This document shows positions 45,269 through 54,781 of a DNA stretch of 64,000 bases, piece after piece. The number at the start of each line of letters is the position of its first letter. The stretch's first letter is position 1. The position numbers and the translations under genes are program-made. The notes below the pieces were generated by a model that was not told the DNA's origin, did not search any database, and was given only the letters and a program-made list of their open reading frames with translations. Source of the stretch: a virus; IMG/VR virus record IMGVR_UViG_3300008516_000159, one strand, 5' to 3'.

Positions 45269-45333
45269 GTCAACGAATTGACACTCGAAGCATATATATA
45301 GGAGCAATAATATATTAATCGGAGGTGATAAGT

Positions 45334-45921
45334 ATGCCTATCCCACGTGAACTGTACGATAAGGTTAAAAAGGTAAAAACGCCGGACGACTTCAAAAAGT
45401 TTTATGTAGAGGTGTCCAAGATTATAACAGAGAAAAACTCAGAGGAGATTATAGCAGCAATTATTCTGGCGGCCGCTCAAATGGCTGTCGGAGATTTTCC
45501 GAAATTAATTAGTAAGAAAAACAAAGCCGGTGCTATTATGTGGAACTTTATCAGGCATTGGATGCCCGAATTCGCTTTTTCTCCATTGAGAATATTAATA
45601 TACGAGGACCTGCTTTATCCTCAATTTGAAAGGAATTTTAGGACCATCGACGACAGTATAAACGTTTGGATTGTAGATCAAGCCAAAAGGTTACTGGAAA
45701 GTCAAAAGGCTTCGAGTCCAACATTAAAGGCTCATTGGCAAAGTATTGTCGATGGTTATATTCCATATGGTTTAGAATTGGAAAAAGACTTTCTGGAAAG
45801 AATGGCAACAAAACAAAAACCAACAACCGCGGTCAAGGTCGCTGGCGGCACCGAAAAAACCGAAACCAAGACTGACGCAAAACCAGAAACAACAAACACG
45901 ACGAAAAAGAAAGGCGAATAA
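45334..45921 (+). CDS. hypothetical protein
   Basis: ATG after GGAGG; GCATATATA upstream. Confidence 0.75.
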   Translation: MPIPRELYDKVKKVKTPDDFKKFYVEVSKIITEKNSEEIIAAIILAAAQMAVGDFPKLISKKNKAGAIMWNFIRHWMPEFAFSPLRILIYEDLLYPQFERNFRTIDDSINVWIVDQAKRLLESQKASSPTLKAHWQSIVDGYIPYGLELEKDFLERMATKQKPTTAVKVAGGTEKTETKTDAKPETTNTTKKKGE

Positions 45922-45923
45922 AC

Positions 45924-46559
45924 ATGGGGATGTACGACACTGTAGAGTTGGAAAGGTCTATAACGTGCGCTAGTTGCAATTGTGTGATCAATGATGTTCA
46001 GACCAAGTATTTCAATTGTGCGCTCATGAAATATTGTGTTGGCGATTTTGTTATGGGAACATTTGATACACATATATTTCGAGAAATTGTGTATTGTCGC
46101 GATTGTAGGAAAGACATTCAAAACGCATTTATTGTTGTCAAGAATGGAATATTGATAGCAGTAGAAGAAACTTGTAATGCCGCTGAACGCATGTTAAAAG
46201 CTTTTGACAAATTAGACATGTTAGAGTTGTACAGTAGAATATCCCATAAAAAAGATGAGTATGTGGAAAAATTCAACGGATTACATCATGACATTTATAA
46301 CATAGTGTCATGGTATAGCAAGACTTCGAAGGAACAAGAAGAAATCAAAGTCCACCACGCGTGGTCTTTTGCGTATAATAATTATATGAATAAAGACATA
46401 TTAACTGTTCTTCGCGGCTTGCTAGAGGAGTATGATGACGATGGCGAGTTTATCGATTGTGAATGCGAGCCTTCTGCTGAAGGACCACCAGTCGAAACTG
46501 ACATTGGTGATGAATCTGCTGACGGGGAAGATTCGAGTAGCGAAGGGTCTAATTCTTGA
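45924..46559 (+). CDS. Cys-rich hypothetical protein
   Basis: MGMYD start, CASC, CRDC. Confidence 0.75.
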   Translation: MGMYDTVELERSITCASCNCVINDVQTKYFNCALMKYCVGDFVMGTFDTHIFREIVYCRDCRKDIQNAFIVVKNGILIAVEETCNAAERMLKAFDKLDMLELYSRISHKKDEYVEKFNGLHHDIYNIVSWYSKTSKEQEEIKVHHAWSFAYNNYMNKDILTVLRGLLEEYDDDGEFIDCECEPSAEGPPVETDIGDESADGEDSSSEGSNS

Positions 46560-47259
46560 TGAAAAAAGCAAGGATTTTTGGAGGTTATTAGGAGCCAACA
46601 TTTCAGAGCTTGGGAATTTGTATGTGGCTCGAAAGAAAAGAAATATAAGTAAGAGGTTTCTTCATGGAGAAAAGGTTCAAGACGAGCTTTTCGATCCGGA
46701 ACCACTCGAAACTAGTGTATATCTATCGGAATCAGATGTCAACTTAGCCGGGCATACTGTTGAGAATCCAACAGACTGGCACTTTGTAAATCCGAGTGAT
46801 GGTTTGACATCAGACACGCCTCTTTTAGATAACACAGTATGGGCCGGCATTACCACTGGCAGCAACAGCGACGACGTGCCTCTTTTTGCGGTTAATAATG
46901 ACCCACAGTATACAAATCAGACATATACAATCGGCAGTGTTTCTTCTGGCAGCTGGACGACAGGAATTATCGACCCCTATCCAAACGCGTTGGATCAACC
47001 CACATGGACTACGGGTACTTGTAACACAACAACAAAACCTCTAAACGGTGTTACAACTTTCGACAAGGTTTATGTCAATAAAAAAACACGTCGCATGACC
47101 AATGAACAATCTAGTGGCATCTCTATTGATCCATGCTCATTGAAAGTCGCGATTGACAGAGATATAAAAAACCCGTGTAGACTTTTCTATAGAGCCTTGT
47201 TGGATAACTTTACTTTTGATGAAATATTTTATTACAGATACGGTCTCGAGGAATTATAA
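46432..47259 (+). CDS. hypothetical protein (start uncertain)
   Basis: 275 aa ORF overlapping the upstream gene. Confidence 0.55.
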   Translation: MMTMASLSIVNASLLLKDHQSKLTLVMNLLTGKIRVAKGLILDEKSKDFWRLLGANISELGNLYVARKKRNISKRFLHGEKVQDELFDPEPLETSVYLSESDVNLAGHTVENPTDWHFVNPSDGLTSDTPLLDNTVWAGITTGSNSDDVPLFAVNNDPQYTNQTYTIGSVSSGSWTTGIIDPYPNALDQPTWTTGTCNTTTKPLNGVTTFDKVYVNKKTRRMTNEQSSGISIDPCSLKVAIDRDIKNPCRLFYRALLDNFTFDEIFYYRYGLEEL

Positions 47260-47831
47260 TGAAAAAAATATACCCTTTCAATATGAAGCCAATTTGCCGC
47301 ATATACTGCGGCTGTGGTTGTGAAGATTATATTGAAATACATCGTTACTTATTTGGTACAGATGAAAAACCAGAATATGGATTTAGTTTCGTAAGCGATA
47401 GTTTCTATGATTTCAAGCATCGCTTGAAATTGTTCTTAACCCCTAAAAAAAAGTATGACGATAGCTTAGGCCTCATAATGCGCGATGATCAATACAAGGA
47501 TACAATAGCAGTACTTCGAAATGAACTTGGCGACATCCCTCATAAAAAGTTTGAATTCAAGAAAGACGAAGACGGACAATGCCTAAGACTTTTGGAGATC
47601 AAAGAGATAGAAAATGGTCATTTGTACGGAGAAATCTTCGTGGATTCCATAGTTTATTCTATAGATACTCCCGGGGATAGATGTGAAATAGATATCTATC
47701 CTGGACCTGCGAGCGTCTATAAACCCCGTGGTCTTTTTAGTCCCACGTTTCGAAAGACTAATCAAATAATGATATCCAAAGAAAATTTAATAGAGTTTGC
47801 CCAACTCCTCGATTTTTATTGGGGAGATTAA
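47259..47831 (+). CDS. hypothetical protein
   Basis: 190 aa ORF. Confidence 0.7.
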   Translation: MKKIYPFNMKPICRIYCGCGCEDYIEIHRYLFGTDEKPEYGFSFVSDSFYDFKHRLKLFLTPKKKYDDSLGLIMRDDQYKDTIAVLRNELGDIPHKKFEFKKDEDGQCLRLLEIKEIENGHLYGEIFVDSIVYSIDTPGDRCEIDIYPGPASVYKPRGLFSPTFRKTNQIMISKENLIEFAQLLDFYWGD

Positions 47832-50188
47832 ACCAACAGGAGCAACGAGTGAAGAACGAGGATTTCTTCGAATCGGAGTTTGCCGAAGCGATATTTAACT
47901 CCAAATATGCGAAAACGAAAAAGAACAATAAAAAGGAAACCTTAACAGATGCCGCCAAACGAATAGCAATTAATGAAAACAAGTACGATCCCGATCCGAT
48001 AAAAAGAAAAGAAATGGAAGAGAAAACAGTTGCTTATATCCAGAAGAAGTGGTTTTCTCCAGGAGGTGGACAGTGGAGGGCGGCTGGAAGTCCTACTAAT
48101 AAAATATCAAATGTAAACTGTACTACCTCTATACCACCAGAGGATAATCTAGAAAGCATATTTAATGCGCTTTACTGGTGGGCAAAATTTGCCGCGTATG
48201 GTCAAGGAAATGGCGTAGATCTAAGTTTTCTGAGACCCGCAGGCGCGCCTCTACATAACACAGCAAAGACCTCAACAGGCGCCGTATCGTTTATGCCATG
48301 TTTTGACACTGTGCTTTCTACCATAGCCCAGGCCGGCAGACGCGGAGCCAGTCTTATTTCTATCCACGATGATTATCCAGATTTTGAAAGCTTCTGCAAA
48401 ATAAAAGAAGACGGCGATAGTATATCTACAGCCAACATTTCTGTTCAGATATCAGATGCGTTTATGAAAGCGGCGCTCAATGATCTTAAGTGGGTCCTAA
48501 AATGGGAGAGTAAAGAATATCCCGATGACAGAGTTGTTATAGAAAAAAAAGCCAAGGCGCTTTTTGATTTACTCGTTAGTCAGGCGTGGCATACTGGCGA
48601 TCCTGGTGTTCAGTTCATCAGCAGGATGCGACAGTATTCTAATTCAGATGTATACGGAAAAAAGTATCATGTTGTAAGTTCAAATGCTTGTTCGGAACAG
48701 GTGTTAGACCCACACAACACATGCGTGCTAGCTTCTTTATCGCTAGTACACGCTCCCACAGAGATAAATGAGTTTCTAAAATGGCTCGAAGAAATGTCAC
48801 ACTTTGGCGTTCGATATTTAGACAATGTAGTTTTGAATGAAGTAAATGAAAATCGCAGTCCATCTAAAATCCAAATTCAAAAAATGATCGACATGACCCG
48901 AATCGGCTTGGGAATGACGGGCTGGGCAGATTGGCTTATTCGTCAAAAGATACCATACGACAGCACGCGCGCTCTTGCGCTGGCTCAAACAGTATTTTCA
49001 AACTTTAGGAAGTTCACTATTCAAGCCTCCAACAAGCTTGGAGCCGACAGAGGAACCTTTGGCAGGTTTGAGCACAAAAAAGCATTAAAGTCTCGGCATT
49101 ATAAAGAACTCATCGAGGAAGGTTTAATAACCTCCGATGATATCAAACATTTAAGGCATGTTGCGTGTACCACTTACGCACCAACCGGTAGTGTGTCCAT
49201 CATATTGGGTTGTGGCGGTACAGGCATAGAGCCTCTCTTCTCAAAATATTACGTGAGAAGGGAAAGGAGTTCAGGCGACGGGAAATGGAATGAGTGGTTT
49301 GTTTTCAATGATGCGGCCAGTAGATATTTGAAAGAACATCACCACGCCGTAAACAAAGAAAACGTTGAAAAACACTGTAACGATGATTTTTGGTCTACGG
49401 CATACAGCGTAGATAATCTTAAAAAGATAGATTTTCTTAAAATAGTGCAACATTATTGTGATAGTTCTATTTCTACCACATTCAACCTCCCTATGGATTG
49501 TACCAAAGATAATATCGCAGAGATTTACACTTCGGCGTGGAAGGCTGGCCTAAAAGGGGCAACTGTCTATCGCGAAGGTTCAAAAACCGGCGTGCTAATA
49601 ACTGAAAATAACTACGGGAAAATAGTTGAGGCCGGTCGCAAACCATACCAGATAAAAAGACATTATGCCCCACCGAGACCAGTGGAGCTTCCGTGCGATA
49701 TATATCATATGATATCAGAAAAGAAAAACTGGTTAGTAATGGTTGGCAAGATGGGCGATGAGCCCTATGAAATATTTGCGGGTTTAGAAGACAAAATAAA
49801 CATACCTAAGAAGTACAAAGAGGGGAAACTGGCCAAGGCGGGCAGAAGAAAATACTCACTTAAGATCCCCATTGATGAAGAAGAAAATCTTGTATTCAAC
49901 GATATACTATCTTTGTTTGAGAACAATGAATATAATGTACTTACCCGAATGATATCGATGAGTCTAAGACACGGTACTCCAATCGAATTTATATCCGATC
50001 AGCTAGCCAAAGAAAGACAAGATTTTACCGCCTTTAATAAAGCAATTGCCCGGGTGCTCAAGAAATATCTCGTTGACGGCGAAAAGGTCGAAAGCAGAGG
50101 AGGTTGCCCGGAATGCGGCGGACAGGAAATGGTATTTCAGAACGGGTGCGCAACATGTGTTAGATGTGGGAACTCTAAATGCTCGTAA
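47819..50188 (+). CDS. nrdJ: Class II (AdoCbl-dependent) ribonucleotide reductase
   Basis: FSPGGG, NC, GNGVDLS.LRP.G, RRGA, NISV, SNACSEQ, CVLAS, R.IGLG, APTGS, SSIS.TFN, KG.TVYR.G, C-terminal CPECG Zn ribbon. Confidence 0.92.
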   Translation: MGRLNQQEQRVKNEDFFESEFAEAIFNSKYAKTKKNNKKETLTDAAKRIAINENKYDPDPIKRKEMEEKTVAYIQKKWFSPGGGQWRAAGSPTNKISNVNCTTSIPPEDNLESIFNALYWWAKFAAYGQGNGVDLSFLRPAGAPLHNTAKTSTGAVSFMPCFDTVLSTIAQAGRRGASLISIHDDYPDFESFCKIKEDGDSISTANISVQISDAFMKAALNDLKWVLKWESKEYPDDRVVIEKKAKALFDLLVSQAWHTGDPGVQFISRMRQYSNSDVYGKKYHVVSSNACSEQVLDPHNTCVLASLSLVHAPTEINEFLKWLEEMSHFGVRYLDNVVLNEVNENRSPSKIQIQKMIDMTRIGLGMTGWADWLIRQKIPYDSTRALALAQTVFSNFRKFTIQASNKLGADRGTFGRFEHKKALKSRHYKELIEEGLITSDDIKHLRHVACTTYAPTGSVSIILGCGGTGIEPLFSKYYVRRERSSGDGKWNEWFVFNDAASRYLKEHHHAVNKENVEKHCNDDFWSTAYSVDNLKKIDFLKIVQHYCDSSISTTFNLPMDCTKDNIAEIYTSAWKAGLKGATVYREGSKTGVLITENNYGKIVEAGRKPYQIKRHYAPPRPVELPCDIYHMISEKKNWLVMVGKMGDEPYEIFAGLEDKINIPKKYKEGKLAKAGRRKYSLKIPIDEEENLVFNDILSLFENNEYNVLTRMISMSLRHGTPIEFISDQLAKERQDFTAFNKAIARVLKKYLVDGEKVESRGGCPECGGQEMVFQNGCATCVRCGNSKCS

Positions 50189-50198
50189 GGAGGAAGCC

Positions 50199-50633
50199 TT
50201 GAAATTACAGAGCTTACTCAGAGAGGTGTCTGAGTCTAAAAAAGTAAAGCTTATGTTTACAAATTTCAATGACAGATCGCAAGACAAAGTTTGGCGATTG
50301 ACCGCTTACAAGTTGGATCGCATTGTTGATGTGCATGACTTATTGGCTTTTACAGAACGAAGGCATTCCGATGAAACGGTTGCCGCGGCTAGTACTGCTG
50401 TGTCGGAGTCAATTAAGACGGGGCAGCCTGTGCCAGATGAGAACCTGTGGGGCATGCACTTTGCGATAGATGTCAAGTTCAGTGATACAGCCAGAGGTGT
50501 TAGTTTCATAATAGAAGATACCGGTATAGTGAAATTCAAAGTAAGGGTGGATGAGAAAGACCAGGCGGGCGTGATCAACTTCGATGATAATTTTACCGAG
50601 TACAAAGCCTATGTCAAGAAAAGTTTAGAATAA
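50199..50633 (+). CDS. hypothetical protein, possible head-internal protein
   Basis: TTG start after AGGAGG; MKLQSLLREVSE. Confidence 0.7.
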   Translation: MKLQSLLREVSESKKVKLMFTNFNDRSQDKVWRLTAYKLDRIVDVHDLLAFTERRHSDETVAAASTAVSESIKTGQPVPDENLWGMHFAIDVKFSDTARGVSFIIEDTGIVKFKVRVDEKDQAGVINFDDNFTEYKAYVKKSLE

Positions 50634-51242
50634 ATGCCCCTGTACTTTAATAATAAAGAAGTACAGGAGTCGATCCGCCAATATAAGTCTGAAGAAGACG
50701 CAGCAGTCAGGAAAGCACTCAGAGATGACATACTGCGGCATGTGCAAGATATAGTCAACGGTATTATATTTACCCACAAGTTTGTGGCGTTTGAGCCGTA
50801 TGATGATTTGCTACAAGAGGCCATGCTTGCTTGTATCATCGCTCTGGAAAGGTTTGACCCAGATAAAGGAACAGCGTTTAACTACTTCAGTCTTGTCGCC
50901 AAAAAGTCTTTGACTTACTATACCCTTAAGAACCGTAAGAACAGAAACAATCACTCTATCGATGATTTGAGCTACTTCTTGCATACGCCGCGGGAGTTAG
51001 AGGACTTCGATATAGAAATTCTGGTTAATCAGTTGCGAACTTATTTCGAAGAGAATAAGTTTAAGAAACTGCAGTCGCTTAACAATATACTTGAAAACTA
51101 TTTGATGAAAAAGCGTAGGTATAACAAGCGAGATTTTTTCAAATTCGCGAAGGGCTATGGATTTTCTCAGAATTTGATACGCAAGTATCTCAAGATTATT
51201 CATGCTAACAGAGAGGAGGTGTACGGGATCTATGGCCGATGA
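50634..51242 (+). CDS. Phage RNA polymerase sigma factor (sigma70 region 2, gp55-like)
   Basis: YDDLLQEAMLACIIALERFDPDKGTAFNYFS. Confidence 0.8.
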   Translation: MPLYFNNKEVQESIRQYKSEEDAAVRKALRDDILRHVQDIVNGIIFTHKFVAFEPYDDLLQEAMLACIIALERFDPDKGTAFNYFSLVAKKSLTYYTLKNRKNRNNHSIDDLSYFLHTPRELEDFDIEILVNQLRTYFEENKFKKLQSLNNILENYLMKKRRYNKRDFFKFAKGYGFSQNLIRKYLKIIHANREEVYGIYGR

Positions 51243-51660
51243 AGAAAGCAAAGAGCTGACACCAGAAGAAGAGTTCGATAAAATAGAAGAGGAAATAGAG
51301 GCCGCCACAAAAAGGGGCCTGCGTGGTGAACGAATTGAACTCAACGTAAGTGCTATTGCTAACGTTATAGATTTTATCAATCGCGATCGTGAAAAAGCCG
51401 ACGAGCTTATTAACTACTTTCGCAACAAGATAGAAGTTGATAATGACCGCTTGAGCGCCACAAGAGAAGCGATGACCAAAAGCCTTGAGGTTAGAAACAA
51501 GGCGATAGATCAACTCCTCAAGTTTTTGGAAATCCAAGCGAAGATGGCTATTGCTCAAGCCGAAAAGAAATCAGCAGATGTTACTGTCAATGTTTTTGAT
51601 GGTGAAGTTAGAATAGATAAACGCACTTTGATAGAAAAGATAGAAAAAGGTGAAGTTTAA
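51232..51660 (+). CDS. coiled-coil protein, possible terminase small subunit
   Basis: Helical core with C-terminal VTVNVF...KRTLIEKI; near terL; family call weak. Confidence 0.4.
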   Translation: MADEESKELTPEEEFDKIEEEIEAATKRGLRGERIELNVSAIANVIDFINRDREKADELINYFRNKIEVDNDRLSATREAMTKSLEVRNKAIDQLLKFLEIQAKMAIAQAEKKSADVTVNVFDGEVRIDKRTLIEKIEKGEV

Positions 51661-52475
51661 TGTATACATTACAAGAATTATTAGATGACGCTCTCTTTGG
51701 CAAGAAGAAAAGGGCCAGCAAAAGCCTACCAAAAGAAACGGAAGATGCAAACATTCCCACCCTTCAAGATTTTGGGAGCATGGCACTGGCAAAGCGCAAG
51801 ATCAAAAAAAAGAAAAACGAGGCTGAAAAACCTCAGCTGGACGAGGCCAGAAGCGGTCTCGCTTGGAAGCATTTCTGGTGGGTGAAAAAGGGCGATGATG
51901 TAGGTCATGCTACTTTCTCAGTTAAGGCTGAGCCGGTCGCCAGGCCTGGTAGTGGAACAAGCGGTGACGTGCCGGCAACTGCTCGCGTGAAGCGATATGT
52001 TCCTTTGTATCAGAAACCGTTAATTATACAATGGCTCGCAACACCAAAGGATCTTGCCAAGGTGGAAGCCAAGGATATGTGGGATTATGTCAAAACAAAA
52101 AAGTTGCCCACAAGCATACCATTGAGCGTAAGCGCCACCAATCTTATCATGAGAGAGGTTGAGAGTTTTCTAAGGAGAACCGTTGGCAACATAGACTTGG
52201 CTGACCTTTCGCCTAAAGAAATCAAGGAATTGGAAAATCTCGAGGATCAAACCGCTGCGGCAATGAAGCAACTCCCGATTGATCTGGATAACAAGAAGCT
52301 TACATCCGGGCAGACAGAAAAACTCAAACAGTTGATGGCCAAGGGAACAGGTGGAAAGTATGCTGCAGCAAACGTTCCTCCGGTCTTGAAATCTGAGGAT
52401 ATACCCGCTGTTAAGTCTATGGCGAGGAGAGCGTTAGGCGGTGTCAGCAAAACTACCGAAACTAAAAAACAGTGA
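51660..52475 (+). CDS. hypothetical protein
   Basis: 271 aa; MYTLQELLDD start. Confidence 0.7.
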   Translation: MYTLQELLDDALFGKKKRASKSLPKETEDANIPTLQDFGSMALAKRKIKKKKNEAEKPQLDEARSGLAWKHFWWVKKGDDVGHATFSVKAEPVARPGSGTSGDVPATARVKRYVPLYQKPLIIQWLATPKDLAKVEAKDMWDYVKTKKLPTSIPLSVSATNLIMREVESFLRRTVGNIDLADLSPKEIKELENLEDQTAAAMKQLPIDLDNKKLTSGQTEKLKQLMAKGTGGKYAAANVPPVLKSEDIPAVKSMARRALGGVSKTTETKKQ

Positions 52476-52608
52476 GTGGGACGCGCTGATAGATATCCTT
52501 AATGATGATGAAATAGCCAACAGCATTAAAAAAGAATATGTCAAAAGAGAGTATGGTATAACGCCCGCTCAGCTGAAAAAAATAAAGCAAAAATTGATAC
52601 TCAAATAA
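52441..52608 (+). CDS. small hypothetical protein, 55 aa
   Basis: Hand translation from GTG: MSAKLPKLKNSEWDALIDIL...GITPAQLKKIKQKLILK. Confidence 0.5.
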   Translation: MSAKLPKLKNSEWDALIDILNDDEIANSIKKEYVKREYGITPAQLKKIKQKLILK

Positions 52609-52650
52609 AGGAGCGCCTTCTGCTAAGATAAGAAGAGCAGGAGGTTTTTT

Positions 52651-52920
52651 ATGGAATTTCCTCTAGACATAGGAAAGTTATATTTTTATGTTTTTAACCT
52701 CTATGGTTCACCCGTAGGCAAAGGCGGCAAGCCATTGCTAATATGGCCTCATGCTATACAAACAAGAACGGCTCGTGCTGCATCAGTTTATTTTCCAGAT
52801 AAAAAAACATGGTGGCGTGCTGCCACAGTAAGGTCTCAGCAAATAGTGGATGAGATTGCTCCTACACCGAAACTTAAAAAGCGTTCTATAATAGATCTTA
52901 TTGAAAAAGGATTCAAGTGA
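52651..52920 (+). CDS. hypothetical protein
   Basis: 89 aa, GGAGG RBS. Confidence 0.65.
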   Translation: MEFPLDIGKLYFYVFNLYGSPVGKGGKPLLIWPHAIQTRTARAASVYFPDKKTWWRAATVRSQQIVDEIAPTPKLKKRSIIDLIEKGFK

Positions 52921-53195
52921 AAATGAAAAGGGCCTGGTACTATAATAGGATGGAGTACAAAGGTTTTTGGTATCCAATGTTGTACGATGTTGATATCACC
53001 GGCTACCAATATAATTATCCTAATGTAACTATAAAAAGAAGATACACAGAAGCACCTGGCCACGCATTCAAAGTCGGCGAGAGTTTTCAGCCATCGAGAG
53101 AAATTTTATACGATAGTGTAGCTGAAGTAAAGAAAGTCATAGTAAGAGATCTTTTCAATTTAGACGCTCCTGTAAAAATAATTTGGATCAAATAA
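52917..53195 (+). CDS. hypothetical protein (paralog of 53183..53488)
   Basis: Shared AWY.N...LYDVD...TIKR.Y pattern. Confidence 0.7.
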   Translation: MKMKRAWYYNRMEYKGFWYPMLYDVDITGYQYNYPNVTIKRRYTEAPGHAFKVGESFQPSREILYDSVAEVKKVIVRDLFNLDAPVKIIWIK

Positions 53196-53488
53196 TGAAA
53201 GCTTGGTATTCTAATAAAGTTTTAATAGGTAATGTCTGGCATTTGTTGTTATATGATGTTGACGTTAAGAAAGGCCAATTTGGTCCGAAGACCGCGATAT
53301 CCTTTCGTCAGAATACCACGATCAAAAGAAAGTATCTAGACGTACCGGCGAACACGTACTCCAAGAGTCACAAGATCATATCGGGTGCAGCTCTTGTTTG
53401 GCATGACATAAGCAAACTTAAAAAACACATTATAAATGATTTAATCACCGCAGATGAGCCCGTCGCGCTGGCGTGGGTTAAAAGGTAA
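53183..53488 (+). CDS. hypothetical protein (paralog of 52917..53195)
   Basis: Shared AWY.N...LYDVD...TIKR.Y pattern. Confidence 0.7.
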   Translation: MDQIMKAWYSNKVLIGNVWHLLLYDVDVKKGQFGPKTAISFRQNTTIKRKYLDVPANTYSKSHKIISGAALVWHDISKLKKHIINDLITADEPVALAWVKR

Positions 53489-53494
53489 TCGACA

Positions 53495-54781
53495 ATGAAA
53501 CTAAATGATTTTTTGAATGGATTGGAAGAAGCAAAATCCGAGAAGATGCCAGTCAAAGATCTCGTCAAGCTTCTAAAAAAACTTAATTTTAAAATAAACC
53601 ACGAGGATGAGCTGACCCCCAAAAAAAGTGTTGTAACCATCAATCCTTTGAAGGGTTTTTACGAGACAAGAAAAGACGCCGCGGAGGCGCTTATGAAAGC
53701 GACGTCTGTTCATGGCCCTACTATCGAGTGGGTTCATCAAGGTCGAAGGCCTGTTGTTTCTTTTGCCAAGTGGAAGGTTCAGATATCAAAAATAGAGGGA
53801 GCGAAACAGGTCAAGGCGGCAGATTATGAAGAGGCAATCGCCGCGGCGTGGAACGACGAACATGGTTATGAACACAGTATAAAAGTCAAAAAGGAAACAG
53901 AAGAAGTAGGCAAAAAAATAGCTCAAAAAATAAAGAAAGACACAGAAGGAAAAGCCCGGCCCACAGGCGAAGTGCGTGTTAAAGCTGTGAGTGAGTTCTG
54001 GAAAAAACACACCACTAGAGCCAACACTACACCTAAGACAGATATACTTTGGGAAGGCCCAAGAGTTTCCCTTAAAATGGGCAAAAGTACACAGCTGTGC
54101 TCGGCGAAAATAGTCGGCGGTGAGGGCGAAGCTATTTTATGGTATGCTTTACAAGCGTCCGGCGCCGAGGATAAGTTAGTAAAAGATGTATCTGAGATAT
54201 TCGATGCCAAGAAGCTGACGGCCAAGCCTCCGAAAACATCGAAAGAATTAGAGCAATACAAGCTGAATCACAAAGCTATAGAATCCGCTTTTAGGAATGT
54301 GATAAACACTCATCCGAAATTTCGCAACGCGTTCGTCAGGGAAGCGCTCACGGGCGAAGGCAAGTTTCAAGGAGTGGCTTTAGAGCCAATAGCTAACGTT
54401 GTTTTGGCGGCTTCATTCGACGGAGATAGAGTTGCGTGGCATCCAATCACAGATGAATACATCGCAAAAATAGCGCCTCAGGTGGAGATAGGTGTAAGCT
54501 TCAAATCGTTCGGTGCTAGTAAATATTCTTCTTTGAGAGGGCACCAAAGGGGACTGTTGGATGATATTCAATATGAAAAGCAAATAACCGAACGCGAAAT
54601 GATAGATTTTTGCGAGGAGCATGGTATAGATATTTCCATGAATGAGGACATAAAAGACGCGTTCGCCCGAATGTTTAATATGCTCAAGGCTACTGCGCAG
54701 AAAGGCATTGATTTGTTATTCAAGTTGATAAGTATAGATATAGATGTTAAGTTTACTCATACGGGGATAGATTTCTTTTAA
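53495..54781 (+). CDS. hypothetical protein with PD-(D/E)XK-like motif
   Basis: TPKTDIL...VSLK; stop overlaps terL start. Confidence 0.55.
   Translation: MKLNDFLNGLEEAKSEKMPVKDLVKLLKKLNFKINHEDELTPKKSVVTINPLKGFYETRKDAAEALMKATSVHGPTIEWVHQGRRPVVSFAKWKVQISKIEGAKQVKAADYEEAIAAAWNDEHGYEHSIKVKKETEEVGKKIAQKIKKDTEGKARPTGEVRVKAVSEFWKKHTTRANTTPKTDILWEGPRVSLKMGKSTQLCSAKIVGGEGEAILWYALQASGAEDKLVKDVSEIFDAKKLTAKPPKTSKELEQYKLNHKAIESAFRNVINTHPKFRNAFVREALTGEGKFQGVALEPIANVVLAASFDGDRVAWHPITDEYIAKIAPQVEIGVSFKSFGASKYSSLRGHQRGLLDDIQYEKQITEREMIDFCEEHGIDISMNEDIKDAFARMFNMLKATAQKGIDLLFKLISIDIDVKFTHTGIDFF

Noticed and set aside
52441-52608. Second +1 frameshift at AAA AAA C near 52464
   Set aside because: The +1 ORF has its own GTG start at 52441 with an upstream AGGAG, so no shift is needed.
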